A stretch of DNA of 64,000 nucleotides, taken from Diadema antillarum. Taxonomy: Eukaryota. The translations under genes and the position numbers were made by a program. A model generated the notes under the pieces. The model saw only the letters and a list, made by a program, of their open reading frames with translations. It was not told the origin of the DNA and did no database searches. Where the stretch lies: the NCBI RefSeq assembly GCF_040938485.1, contig NW_027272190.1, positions 558,001-622,000 on the forward strand. Direction: 5' to 3'. Below, piece by piece: positions 12,122-25,725 of the stretch. Within the stretch, counting starts at the first letter, position 1, and each line of letters starts with the position of its first letter.

Positions 12122-14158
12122 CAGTCAGACCGCAGCACCCGATAATTAATTCGCTCATATCAAATTCAACTCGTATGCAAGCCCCCTCGAGGCTTGCATA
12201 CCTAATGAGCTGCGGAAGGGGATTTTGTCCTTGGGCTTTCGGCAGCAAAAATACACCTTATATTCACAAATTTGGTATCAAATTCAAGGAAAATATGTAA
12301 GCTATCGTCACATGTTACTCAAATTATTGTAAATGAAAAATTTCATAGCGTAATTTGAGCTTGAAAAATAATGAAAAAGTAATTCGTGTAGTAGGCCTAC
12401 ACGTTCAAGACGTCAAAAGAATACCAAATTCACCTTGAGTCTCGATGAAAATGCAGTATTCGGTAGTCCATCTCTTAATCTTTGTATCTATGTAAATATC
12501 TTAACAATTTGTTGCTTAATCCGGTCAGGAACCAGTAAAATATACATCGATGTCAGTGCTGGTCAGCTTGAAAACGTGCAATATCAAGAGTAAGCTCTCT
12601 CATTGGACAGCGCTTGCTTTCAGCGCTTGCATTACGTCATTACGATGATACGGTTTGATCCGTTTCATGCCACTTGCGTGCATAGCGCATGCTTGCATAC
12701 AGGCACGCGTGTAGTTCAAGCCAAGTTCAGGGCTGAATGCAAGCACTGTCCAATGAGAGAGCTCTTTCGCGCCACTTACTGTACACTTTGTGTGGAGCAT
12801 ACTTCCGGCTTAAGAGTGAATTTTACAGACATTTCAAAACGGAAAAATCAGTATAAATCTTGCTTGCGTCTCCTCGACTCAAATATATGATGAGCATCTA
12901 AGTTTCTTCTCTACGAAAAAGCCAAAATCAGAAACAACAGTTTCTTAATCCGGTCAGGAACCAAAAACGAACTTCAGTCGACAAAATCTTCCGTGAAAAG
13001 CAGGTAATATTTACACAAATTCAACTGATAATATCGTCATGATAAAAACCGATAGTATGCGCAAATTTGATATAACAATAAAGATCACAGTCTAGAGAAC
13101 AATTCACCGTGACTTTTAGCCATGATGAATGTATGTACAAGTAGCTACACTGTGAAAACCATAGCCCTGTCACACTCTCGCCAAATCTCGCACGTACGAG
13201 ACAAAGTATGGTAGGTGTTCAACACACCGACCGTGTCTATAGAAACCGACCGCGCTCTAAATTATTATGGCATTGCGCGTACAGAAAGAAAATGTACGCA
13301 TGGGGACTACGCGCAACGGTGTTCGATTCTTCACTGGGCTACGCTACCGAGTGAAATGAGGCGAAAACAAATAAGTATTCCCTTTAAATTCCTGAAATTT
13401 AGCAAAATCGAATAAGATCTATCTTGTAACTACATATAACTCGGCCTACCTTTGCTGACTCATTATAGATGTAGAGTATCCTTCAGTAATAAATTTGACG
13501 ATTTTGACCGCAAAATTGTCATTATGCCGCTTTCTCAAACTCCGCCGCTTGTACGATCGTGCACACACGTTACACGTACACATGACATAATTGTTTTGTC
13601 GCCCGCTACGACCGTACGAGTTGAAGCAGAAACGGGAAATGAATGTGAAAGAACAAACCGACTCATCTAATTCATTCCAATTACGATGAAAAGTTTCCTA
13701 ATGAACATCAATTCAAATTCATCAAACAGTCCTTCAAAAGTGACATCGAAGGATTCAAAATATATTCAAATATTATTGGGGAAAAAATGACGGCTGGAAA
13801 AAAAAAACAGCAGCTTGTCGAAAAAACACATTTTTAGTGCGCTTCATACGTATTGTCAGGGTGGTCGGTTTGAATGTACAGGGCAACTGAGTGCGGAAAA
13901 AACGACACCCCACGCGTTCGAAGCCGCCATCTAGAGCGCGTACCTCAGATCGCATTTTCAGTTCGCGCTTATGAATCCAAAGTATTTTCTCCACACGTGA
14001 GTACAATTTCAGGCAAACTGTAAGATTTTTTACGTTTCCGTTAGGTGGTTGGTGTGATGAACACCCAACCATACCTTTCGAACGCAGAAATCGTCAACAA
14101 GAGTGCTGAATAAATCTTGCCGGATCGGCTCATTTGCATACGTGCTGCGATCTGACTG
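12122..14158. mobile_element. 2.0-kb non-autonomous DNA transposon, 17-bp TIR CAGTCAGA(C/T)CGCAGCAC, 4-bp TSD GATA; superfamily uncertain (possibly Academ-like)
   Basis: TIRs differ at 1 base; GATA flanks both ends; the paralogous site at ~38833-38845 is empty (gcagatacaacg). Confidence 0.85.
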
Positions 14159-16089
14159 GATACAACGATTTTCATGCCATGGTGCGTGATTGAGGTATAG
14201 GATAGATAATCATGATGCTTACTGAGCTTCCTTTAAACTGGCAAATTAACTTTTTGTTCATTCTCGGTGCACATATTCGAACTCGTGTATTTGACTCATC
14301 TGGGAATATACTTGTTATTTCGTCAGAGAATCATTGTTCCATCGAATATTATAAGCAACGAGACAGAATGCTAGGTTCCAAAGGTTATCGAATCATCTTA
14401 TTATCATAATTGCAATTGCGTATCAACGTTTAACCTCTTCAGAAAGTATCTTACATTAATTTCAGAAATGCTCTTACGCTGTAGACGCAATAATGTATAA
14501 TGTCAGAGTAGTCAGTGAATGGAAACAAACCTGTCTAAAAACCTTTTTTATTTTGTTTATTCTTGCAAACACTTTTAACACGTTCTTGTTGAATTCCCAA
14601 ATCGGCATAGTCTTAAAGACCACCCGGTTTGCGTAGGGAATTTGAAACAAACTAAAATTATTATGTGCCATTATCAAGCAAAACAGCAGCATCTTAAGAA
14701 AAAAACAACAACTGTAATTTGTTCCAAACTTTTGTTCATATAATCGTTGCCGGCCTGCAGGAATGCATGAAAATCAATTTAATAATCTTTATAACATCTA
14801 CGTTTTTCGAGTAATTTACATCTTTCCTACAAATAATCGTGAATTTAGAACGGCCGTAAATGCGTAACAAAAAAAAAAAAAAATCATGCTTTTTTAATTA
14901 CATTTACGGAAATTGAAAGGAAAATATAGAATTAAGGAATGAAAAGAAGATAAAGCAACTAACATAAGCAAAAAACAAAACAAAACAAAGACAAAAACAG
15001 GTATAACTAAAATTAACTAATGATACACCTATGAGGCTTCTTGAGTAATTTTCAAAGTAAGTCTAATAGCTATATCTTTTGTTCCCCACATTGATTATGA
15101 TTACATTATGACTTGAACTGTTGTTTTCGAACTAATAATAATGAAATGAAATGAATCAGTGATGTCTTGAGCTTAGAGCAGAATAACTCGTTATAAAGTG
15201 AAATTGTTGTGGTATGATGATTCATGACATATTTATACGCAGAGCCTCCGAAACTGATACCATAGGATTATTCCCACAATTACCGATCAATGGAACAGAC
15301 AGTAATAATTGTCACATATAAAGGTACAATCCATTTTCATAGGAATAATGCGTAATCATGGCAAATTTCGACTTGATACATGGAAACATTAATATTTCTA
15401 CGTGCTTTCTGCAGGATAGCATAAAGCTGGTATATATTAATTTTCATGAATTGTGGAGGCAACCTAACGAGCACAAGATGCTTTCAAGGCTACTGGCTCT
15501 CGTAAAAAAACACTTTCATGTGTTTTTGTGTTTTAGCTTGCCGAATAAATGGCATAATTGACCTCAATCGATTGATCAAATCAATCAATCCATCAATCAA
15601 AAAATCAAATAATACATATCAACAAATAGCATCAGAATCACCTTGCATTTTTTCTCTACCGCCTTAACAAATGTAACATAAACATTGTTGTATCATCACG
15701 AGTGATATTTTGGAATGCATATTCAAATTCTAGTTAAATGAATATACAAGGGGCTCGGTGCAACATTATAGGCACCGTGCTAACCCACAAAATAGTCGTT
15801 TTGAGATAATCGCTGTTGAATGTTTGGAAAGTCCATACATTGTACATTTATAAAACATGAATGCATGCATTTTTTTTCCATTTTATTGGTTGAATTCAAA
15901 TATGATATTTTCACGGAGGTTAGAGTGAAGGGTAAGGATTATGAAAATGCATGTAACTCATTTTTGACAAAAGAGTGGGTTAGCGCTATATTGCACCGAC
16001 CCCCTCAATTGTTAAAAATGATGTTATTTTCATTATCATAAACACACACACACACACAAAAAAAAAACAAAAAACTGGAAGATCATTAA

Positions 16090-16476
16090 AGGGTGTGTAC
16101 AGTTGTGGTCGAGGTGTAGGTTTAGCTTTTAACGTTTTGCGAGATATTCAGAAACCACTCTATGAGATGTCAAAAAGCATGCAGTTCTAGGGGGTATCAA
16201 AAGTTTATTCGATGAAAATCGATTTTGAAATGAATGAAATATCCAAAAACAAGGTGAAACAAAGAGATCCTAATAAAGTCGGGGCATGTCGCCTTTTATT
16301 ATTATCACTTTTTTTTTGGATATCTCAGCCATTTTGATAACCAATTTTCATCAAATAAACGTTGAATCCTTCGTAAAGTTACATAATCTTTCATATTTCA
16401 TAAGAGGCTTTTCATTATCTCACTTAGGAATGTTCAAAACATGAATCCCTACCTCAACCAGTACTGTACAGTCCCT
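16090..16476. mobile_element. TTAA-flanked MITE (Kolobok/T2-like, AGGG..CCCT termini)
   Basis: TTAA at 16086-89 and 16477-80; the paralogous site near 40405 has a single TTAA. Confidence 0.88.
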
Positions 16477-18878
16477 TTAAGTGCCGATTACTTTATTTCC
16501 TGTCCTCCCACAGCTAGGAAAAAAAACCACCCGAGTACGCTTGTAAGAACACACTTAACTGAAAAGACATGCTAAAAAAAAAAAAAATGGAGAGTAATAT
16601 TCTCACTGAATAGCAACGTTCTATACTCACCAGTTGAAAATTATGTTAAGTGACCGGATGCGCATTCTCGGTGTCCGGAATATATCTATACCGGTCTTTC
16701 GTCTCTCCTTTTGGGAAACCTCCTAAGAAACAACAATTAACATATATAAAACGTAAAACAACACAGTTTAACATATATTATGAAAAGGTGGTGCTTGTTA
16801 ATTTTACTGGATATACCAAAGGATTTGTTTTCGTCTTCTTTTGCATAACATTATTTTTATAACACTCAACGTTGACATCTGTGTAGTATTAATGTTTACA
16901 CTTTATAGACGAATAATTGTCTGTGCAAGAGATATAATGTAACACGTTCATTATCTTAGATGTTATAAGGTTCATCACAGATTGATGAAAATGGTAATGG
17001 ATTCTGTTATACGGTTTGACGGTCCTGGGGAAGATTTTTGTTTTCTTTCTGTAATGCTCCTCTCTATAAAGCTGTTAGAATAAATGCATGATTGAGGTTT
17101 GAAGTCAAGTAATATGAAAATCATGTTTGTGCAAGAGATGGCTAATGCAGGTGAACGTACTTTCCAATGGAGGAGTGACGGTACATTATGCGTATAACAG
17201 GCAATGGATAGGCATGATATTTTGGCACTATGATCCTGGGGAGATGTTTCCTGATTTCAAAACGAAGGACTCGAGTTCGAATCCTGACAAGGTTATTGTT
17301 CATATTATTGGACGATTTTTTTCCCCAACCACAGTGCTGTCCCTTTCCACGCATGTGTACAGGGTAAATGGGTATAGGCCCTATCTGGCAGTATGTGCGT
17401 GGTAACTGTAATTACAGGGTGAAAAAAAGCAGTACAGAGAGGCAACCATTTAAGGACGTAAAAAATGCCACAGCTGAGACGATGTTTTCTTTTTTTGGGA
17501 AGGGGGGGGGTGGGGTGTTATGAAAAAAAAGAACTTCATTCACATGGCCAACTACACCTCGGGTGTTGGGGTTATGAATTAGCCATTCAATCACAGCTAT
17601 CACTATTAAAGTATTTTGGAAAACAAACGAGAACGAAGGTACTAATGTTGATCTCACTGAACATAACTACGATCTCTACTTACCGATTCCTTGATAAATT
17701 CTTGGCTGAATATGGGTCTTGGAATTGACTTGTGGTTCACTTCAGCAACCTTCAACAGAATCTTTTCCGCATCTTCGTACTTTTTCTGAGACATGAGCCA
17801 GCGCACAGACTCAGGAATAAAACTGTATAGAATCATTATGTAGATGCATATCATATATCTTATATTTGAAAGGGAGCTCGAAAGCGGTAGTTTTGAAATT
17901 AGCAGGAAATAGGTGATATAATATGCTATTCTGCTGAGACAACATGTAGAGCTTATTAACGTCATAGAAAATAGATACTGTAATCGAAAGGTATAATACA
18001 GACAACAGAAACTGCGTTGAGAGGTATAGTTTTTATTTGTTTTTGTTTGTATTTATCACTAAAGCTGACTGTCTTAAGTTTTAAAAAGATCTAGCTTCAG
18101 TGGACTCGTTAACTCATTTTCATAAAATCGTTAGAAGGATTCACGTCAATATCGAAATCAGGATGTATTTCCGTAAAATTACCATGCATTTTTCTGTCGT
18201 GTCTTAAAAGAGACTAGATGAAAAATGATCAAATGAAAATTAAAACAGACCACTGGTCTAGATATCAAAAATGTATCCATAGAGATGCATACTATATGAC
18301 AGCACTGCTGGCAATTAACAGAGTGGACTATTCCTGAAAACGACAGTCGAATCGCTCACATTGATTATCAGTTTGGATAATCAGATCGTCACACAGTAAA
18401 GAGACCGTGATGAATGAAAAGGAGTGGGTATTTAAGTGGGAACTACAGCAAATTTGATCACAACTCTGCATACTTACAATATTGCTACAATGGATAAGGC
18501 GATTGGAGCTGATGTCACCAGTTGCAGCGTTTTCCAATCACGGAAGAGGAAGGCAATTAGGGCAAGGAACATGTACCCTAGGGCATACGGGATACCAAAG
18601 GCAATTCCAACTATGTTCCGCTTCAGAGGGCCAACGAACTCAGTTGCTGTAAGAGGGTAAAGAATGGAGGAAGAATATCATTTTAATACCATCACGTAAT
18701 TATGAAAAATCAAAGTATTTGAAAAAAGCAATATGAAAAATGACGTAGGAATTATAAAATGATAAAAATACAGACGGTCCAGATCATGGATGACTTACTA
18801 TCATATAAATATCAGCGGTAGCCCGGGGCTACCTGAATTTTCAACATGGCTCTAGTGTATATACATACATATATATGT

Positions 18879-19574
18879 ATGTTACCGTGCACCACAAAAA
18901 AAAAAAAAAGGTCGCACACAGTGATCTTGTGTGAGGACTGAAAACAGGTGAAATGGGTCAACCTAACCAATCTTGATTTTTTTTCATATTTTTTTGAAAG
19001 AGCAAGTCCTTTTCTGTATTATATTAAAGTTTGGGATCATAAAACAAACAGGAACTTGTGTTTTCAGCAGTTTTTCTCGAACACTTTTTGGTGGAATAGT
19101 GTGATTAGTTGTTTGTCATAGAACCCTCTTCCGGTTTCTCAAAAAAACCCTGTCCAATCACTTCACTTTCAACTCCAATAACATTAGAGAGAATAAAGCT
19201 ACTGCATTGAAAGTTGGTATTAATCATGTACAGAATGTGCTGATGACATATGCTTAATTTCAGTTTAATCTAATACATTGTAATCCCTTATTTGTTGTTG
19301 CTCCGGTGGTCAACATCCTGTTTTTTTGTTCAATTCATCCCACAGTTAGCATAGCTTGGTAAAAATTAAGCGCTTGAATACACCCTGTACTTCAGAGCCT
19401 GTTTTCTCAGTTCACACTTTCCAGAGTGTGTCCTTTCTTTCCAATATCAAGATAGGTTAAGAGAGTCCTTTTGAATCAAGTTATACATCATTTTAAAGCT
19501 TAGAGTCTGCTCTTTCAGATTGTACTCTTAACTCAAAACCATGATTGGCGACTTGTTTGTTTTCTGATGCAAGG

Positions 19575-19579
<5 letters not shown>
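18879..19579. mobile_element. ~700-bp MITE, TGTGACCGTGCACCACAAAA TIR family
   Basis: TIR at both ends; high similarity to 23060-23749, 47046-47650 and 63517-64000; absent from the paralogous intron. Confidence 0.85.
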
Positions 19580-19610
<31 letters not shown>

Positions 19611-20144
19611 GTATATACTAGTATATATATAGATTGGTTTTTTTTGGGGGGGGGGGCGATCGGGCACTTCTAGAATTTCGGGCAACTGCATTGCGTTTTC
19701 GATCCACCAAATTTCAGATTTAAGTATTTCAGTGATCCGAATGGGCCATCGGAGGAAGGCATCAATGGCGATCCATGATATCATATTTTCATAAGAAGTG
19801 CATAATTATGCTCATAAATGACGAATAAGTAAAACATTTGAGAGATCGTGATCGTTATATCAATCATGTCTGACATACAAATCTTGCCCTTATTGTACTT
19901 GCCATAATCATTAACGAATGTATTAGATGTCCTTGAATATGAACGTCTATTCATATTAGGAAAAATGAGGGTGTTGTTTTTTTTTTTCTTGCACCTTTGT
20001 TTGTTTGTTTGTTAGTTAGTTTTTTTTATTACCTAAGACGTAAGCAATGATGTAGGAACCGATTGCTGCCACACCCTGGAAGAATCGTAGCACGGAATAA
20101 ACTACCCAAGACGGAGAGATGGTAGTGAGAGCACCGAAGGCTAG

Positions 20145-20356
20145 TTGCACCGAAGGTTCTTTAATTCGAAAATGAAATAAGGTTCGTTATTTAGAAGGTT
20201 CGTTAATCCAAAAATGAAACAAACTCGTTATTCCTAAGGTTCGTTACGGACCCTGTATCATTTTGGATAAACGAGCCTTCGGAATAGCGAACCCTATTTC
20301 ATTTTCGGACTAACGAACCTTCGGACTAACGAACCTTCGGAATAACGAACAACACC
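20145..20356. mobile_element. Partial MITE with repeated GGTTCGTTA / TAACGAACC motifs, replacing the 5' part of SLC22 copy A exon 4
   Basis: Several inverted motif copies; absent from copy B, which has the exon start and acceptor at this position. Confidence 0.75.
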
Positions 20357-21759
20357 CAAATAATTTGTTTTCTAATTTCTCTGTCTCTGTCTGTCTGTCT
20401 AAATATCTTTAATCAGATTAATAGATTGTAAGTTTCTATGCATACGTACAATCATGAATATAAACATATCGATTACACAAAATCTTTATGTTTATGAATT
20501 ATATATAAGAAAAAAAAACCTTAAAACCTATCTGTTTAAGATAATATTTATGTTTATGGAACTAAACCTTATTAATGCAGTTATGCATGTCGGATGTATT
20601 GCAAAGTCTGTCCTTTTATGTACGTAAAAGAAATAGTTATTTTAGAATAATGCATTGTGTTTGGTAAATTGCAATTCTTGTTGTTATATTTATATTATGA
20701 TACAATTTGTAAAGCGCATTGAATTTGTTTTCAAGTCTAAAATGCTCTATATAAGAATTTGCTATTATTATTATTGATATTCTTATCAATGTCAACGTTA
20801 TCAATATCATTTAAAACATATGTGCATTGAAGCTTGTCTATCGAGATATGTATAACGGGGAATACGGTCTCTGTACACAGGTGTCTGTTTTAAAGTTAAA
20901 AAGTATAAGAAGGTGGAGTTGAACAAAATTCATGGGAAGAAAGAATGCCTTGATATACATTTACTTACAAGTCAGCGAGCAATCCGAGTATGAATGATCC
21001 GGCCAAACAGCCGCCATAGAAAACTGATTGAGTTACGTCGGGTAAGTCTTCCTTCCCGCATACCAGGTTAAACTGACAGGAGAAAGAAACGCCATACTTT
21101 ACAAAAAGAGTTAAACACATATCATTCGATTAATGAAGTTTATTGTAGTTAACTGAATCATTTAGTTAAGCTGAATAACTTACCCCACTCGATCGTTGTG
21201 TTTAGGAAAATTCTTGTAAAGGTTACCTTTTTAGTGTGTATATTGTGTTCTTATATGTGACCCTGCACCACACACAAACAAAAACCCCAACAAACAAACA
21301 AACAAAAAATCGCCAGATATGGATTTATAGTTTCATAGGACAGATTCTGAAAGAGAAAACTCTAAGCTTTCAATTAATGATGTATAACTCAATTCAGATG
21401 GACTCCCCTAACCTGTCTAAATACTGGAAAGAAAGCACACACTCTGGAAAAATGTGAACCGAGAAAAGAGGTTCTGCAGTACAGAGCCTATTCAAGCGCT
21501 TATTTTTTACCAAGCCGTGCTAGATGTGCGATGAAAGGGACAAAACGAAGGATGTAAACCACCTGAGCAACGACAATGAAGGGATTATCAGATTAAACTA
21601 AAATTGAGCATGTTTCATTAACACATTCTGTCCATCATTAATGCCAATTTTCAAAGCAGTACCATTATCCTTTAAAAGTGATTAAACTTGAGATTGAGCA
21701 GAGTGCTACCGATTTCAAGAAATGAAAATGGACCTCTACAACATACCTGATCATTCTAC

Positions 21760-21975
21760 TCTCCTCAAAAAGGGTTGTGGAAAAACTGCTGAAAACACAC
21801 TTTGTCATTTATGTTATGATCCCAAATTAAAGCATAATGTAGAAGAAGGATATTTCTTTTAGAAAATATGAGAAAAAACCAATATTGACTCAATTGACCC
21901 ATTTCACCTTTTTTTGACCTCTCACGTAAAATCAAGGGGTGCGACTTTTTATTTGTTTTGTGATGCACGGTCACA
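21760..21975. mobile_element. Old inverted partial copy of the TGTGACC MITE (paralog at ~45160-45296)
   Basis: Ends ttttgtgatgcacggtcaca; present at the same position in both duplicates; left coordinate approximate. Confidence 0.7.
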
Positions 21976-23059
21976 TTATCACTGAACTGGAACTGCAAAC
22001 ATCCTCAACGATTAAGACACTATAGAATTTTAAAGGATTATAAATATTGAAATCAAACAGAACTAATAATCAGTAATCATGAAATTACAACAGCATCTTT
22101 TAAAACTTGATCTTGATTACAAATTCAGTAGTTATGCTACCATAAAAGAAATGTGAAATTAGGGTGAGAGAGGAAAAATAAGAAAAAAAAATAAAGATGG
22201 ACTGAGACCAATAATTGGGCCACACTTTTTTATCATTTACAGTGCATTTCCTTAGAGAGTTTTTTCTTTGTTTCCTCTTTTGTCTGTTTGTATGAGAAGA
22301 GACAAGTAGATGCATCAAAACGACTCTTATCTACTGTCCTTGGTCAATTGAAAAAAAAAATTAAACGAATAAATCTTAAAGTATCTCTCATCAGAGAAAT
22401 GAGTTTATATAATTTCTACCTTTCTCCCTCCCCCCCCCCAAAAAAAAGGGGGGGGGGGGCAAAAAAACCAACCTCACTAGCAATGGAGGACTTGTATAAT
22501 GATGTATCATAGATCCATCCTTCGTCGCATGAGATGACGTCACCCAGTCCAGTGCTGTAGTTTGATGGAGAGAGTCCGGGCCAAAAATCGACCCCTGACG
22601 TGTTGTACTTGCGGCATTGCATGTACACAAGGTCGCCGTCAGAAGTTACGTTGAACGGGATGCTGGCGTTGCGCTTTGCCTCTTCTTCTTCTTCTTCTTC
22701 TGATTAAGTCTGCCTCCTTCAATAGACTGAAGATTCTTGCAGACTCTCCACAGAGCTCACCGGAGAGGTCAACTTCACTGCAGTCATAATCATCCCAGTC
22801 TGGTACCTTTATAGATTATTAGCGAAATAGTGCATACAGTCAAGCAAACAATCTATTTTGAAGTGTATTGTGCAGAACATTTTTTTTTTAATTTTCAGGA
22901 CGAACGCAGATGTCAAATAAAAAAAGAAAAGAAAAACACGAGGAAACATAGCCATTTGATTTTTATTTTTTTTTTGATTGTGTGAAAACCTCCCAATCTT
23001 TGTTTTTCTTACAAATTTATCGTTAAAAGAAGAAAAAAATAACAGTTTTGTACAATAAA

Positions 23060-23749
23060 TGTGACCGTGCACCACAAAACGAACAAAAAGTCGGACACAC
23101 TGATTTTTTGTGAGGTTTGAAAATAGGTGAAATGGGTCAACCGAGCTGATGTTGACTTTTTCATATTTTCTGAAAGGCAAGTCTTCTACATTATGCTAAC
23201 ATTTGGGATCATAAAACAGGCAGGAAAGTGTGGTGTTTAGCCGTTTTTCTTGAGCACTATTTGGCAGAATAGTGTGATTAAGTGTGTCTTTAGAGTCCCT
23301 TTTTCGTTTCTTGAAAACCTTGTACACCCTCTTCTCTTTCAAGTCCTATAACTTTTGAAAGGATAGGGCTACTGCTTTGAAAGTTGGCATTACTTAAGGA
23401 CAGAATGTGTTAATAAGGCATGATAAATTTGAATTTAATCTGATAATCCCTTCATTGTTGTTACTCCAGTAGTTTACATCCTGTTTTTGTCCCATTCATT
23501 GCACACCTAGCACGGCGTGGTAAAGATTAAGCGCTTGAGTAGACACTGTACTTCAGAGCCTCTTTTCTCAGTTCACACCTTTCCTGAGTGTGTGCCTTCT
23601 GTCCAATATTTAGATAGGTTAGGAGAGTCCATTTGATTTGAGTTATACATCATTTTAAAGCTAAAAGTCGACTTTTTTAGAATATGCTCTTAAGTAAAAT
23701 AAGTTTCATGTCTGGCGACTTATTTTTTGTTTTGTGGTGCAGGGTCACA
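23060..23749. mobile_element. 690-bp MITE, TGTGACCGTGCACCACAAAA TIR family
   Basis: tgtgaccgtgcaccacaaaa ... ttttgtggtgcagggtcaca; the paralogous site near 46560-46570 is empty. Confidence 0.88.
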
Positions 23750-23871
23750 AATAGTCTTTTAAGCAGATGCTAGCAATTCCATTGCCAAATTTACCAACGT
23801 TGTTGAAGGTTGTATCTAAGGTGGGACCCAATTTTCAATATGTCGCGGCGGAAATTATGTATTACAATTAA

Positions 23872-24852
23872 TCCTAAAAAGCCCAAAGGGGGGGGGGGGG
23901 GGGCACATTGCGCACTCCAACCAGATTTTCATTCGCCATTCCTTCGTCCTTAATCCAATTTTAACCAAATTGATGACTTTTCCTAAAATCTTATTCCAAA
24001 CATTTTGATATATAATTTAGCTATATGTGATGATGCTGGTTGCCATGGCAACCATAAACTGACAACCGTGTCAGTCAGATTTTTCGTATTTTTCTGTTCC
24101 AATTCCAATTAACAATAATTTAATGTATGAAATGGGCGTTTCTTGGCTGAAATTTGCTGACGAAGCAAAATGTGAAGATATTATTGCCCTGAAATATTTT
24201 TGCTATTATTTCCTTTGTTTTTCTGTGACAATGGCATAAAACAATAGATATAAAAGAGATACTTGAAAATAATTGAATTTTCCAAAGATTGCTGTTCTAT
24301 TTTGTGCCATTTTGATTCCCTCACCCAAGTTATACCTCTAATGTCATTTTTTATCACATTATCAATCTGCAAACTTAAAATTTCAGTTTTATGGGAATAT
24401 GAAATATGCTATAAAGTATGCATGAACCTATCCCTAACAATACATCACAGGTCTCATAATGTATTTCTTTATCCGTTATGAATATCGCCCCCCATGTGGT
24501 GACCTTCAAAAAATTTCAACCATAGCAAATAGTGAGCTTTGACTTGCACATCATTTGTGGCAAATATGAAAAATATTGGTCTATGATAACATATATATAC
24601 TGGGGATAAAGAAATTATACAGAAAAATCATGTTTTTAGCATATGTCGTATGTTTTTCCCTCTATGGGTGACCTTGAAAACATTAAAGTATGCAGTCATG
24701 TAGAATATGAATTGCTCTACCCATGTGCCAAATATGACGACGAAACATCAAACAGTAACAAAGTTATATCGGGGGGCACAATGTGCCCACAAGGTGCCCC
24801 CCCCCCCCCTCCTGAGCCTGGGAAGGGCCAAAAAAGCTTGGGCTTTATAGGG
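23872..24852. mobile_element. ~1-kb piggyBac-like MITE (TTAA-(T/C)CCTAAAAAGCCC .. GGGCTTTATAGGG-TTTA)
   Basis: Imperfect TIR, near-TTAA flanks, absent from the copy B intron. Confidence 0.6.
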
Positions 24853-25563
24853 TTTAGAATGTGGCTCCTCGTCTTTCTTTTTTCTGATTTGTTTGCGCTG
24901 CTCTATTTGAAACAGCAGTGGAATTATTTTCACACTTTTATTCTTCAAAGTGTTAAGAATATTGATGGAATGACTGCGAAATTATAGGGAGATCTTCAAG
25001 TATACAATGGGTAAGAACATTAAACAGATAATATAATAGTTTCAGTTGTATTTCAAGTAAAAAGTTGATTCCAGCTTTTATGATAGTACCGCTTTGTTAA
25101 AATCAAGTAGACTTTGTATGGTTTTTTATATTTTCTACGTGCTTTATTTGGTGAATACCGCGCATAAAATTGTTGAGATATTCACAAACAAAGTAGTCTC
25201 AATTAGATGTGGCTCCCATCTTTTAATAGGACCACTAATAACTGTTTTTTAAACTATATTTAAGGCATTTCAAAATCGATTTTCATGAAATAAACTTCAA
25301 ATTCCTTTGAAAACTGTATGCTTTATCATATTTCATATAAAGTAACTTCTAATCATCTCCCCCCCAAAAGATAATAATAGATATATGAATAAAAGAATAA
25401 GCCCAATTTCAGCCTTAATTGCATCATGCCTGTAATCTTAACCGGGATATTAAAAAAAAATAAAAACTATGTCAATTAATGCCTTTGAGAGTGTGTGTAA
25501 AATGCCTCATAGTTTTACGCAAAAAGAGATAAGCTTTCTCATATCAATTTTCATAGCCATTTG

Positions 25564-25725
25564 NNNNNNNNNNNNNNNNNNNNNNNNNNNNNNNNNNNNN
25601 NNNNNNNNNNNNNNNNNNNNNNNNNNNNNNNNNNNNNNNNNNNNNNNNNNNNNNNNNNNNNNNNNNNNNNNNNNNNNNNNNNNNNNNNNNNNNNNNNNNN
25701 NNNNNNNNNNNNNNNNNNNNNNNNN
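25564..25725. other. Assembly gap (162 N) in SLC22 copy A intron 1
   Basis: Run of N. Confidence 1.

Noticed and set aside
17225-17295. tRNA-like stretch (GAGTTCGAATCC B-box, apparent TCA anticodon, ATGATCCT reminiscent of tRNA-Sec)
   Set aside because: The anticodon and acceptor stems do not pair, and the B-box is degraded in the paralog (~41205-41220). At most a decayed tRNA-derived SINE.
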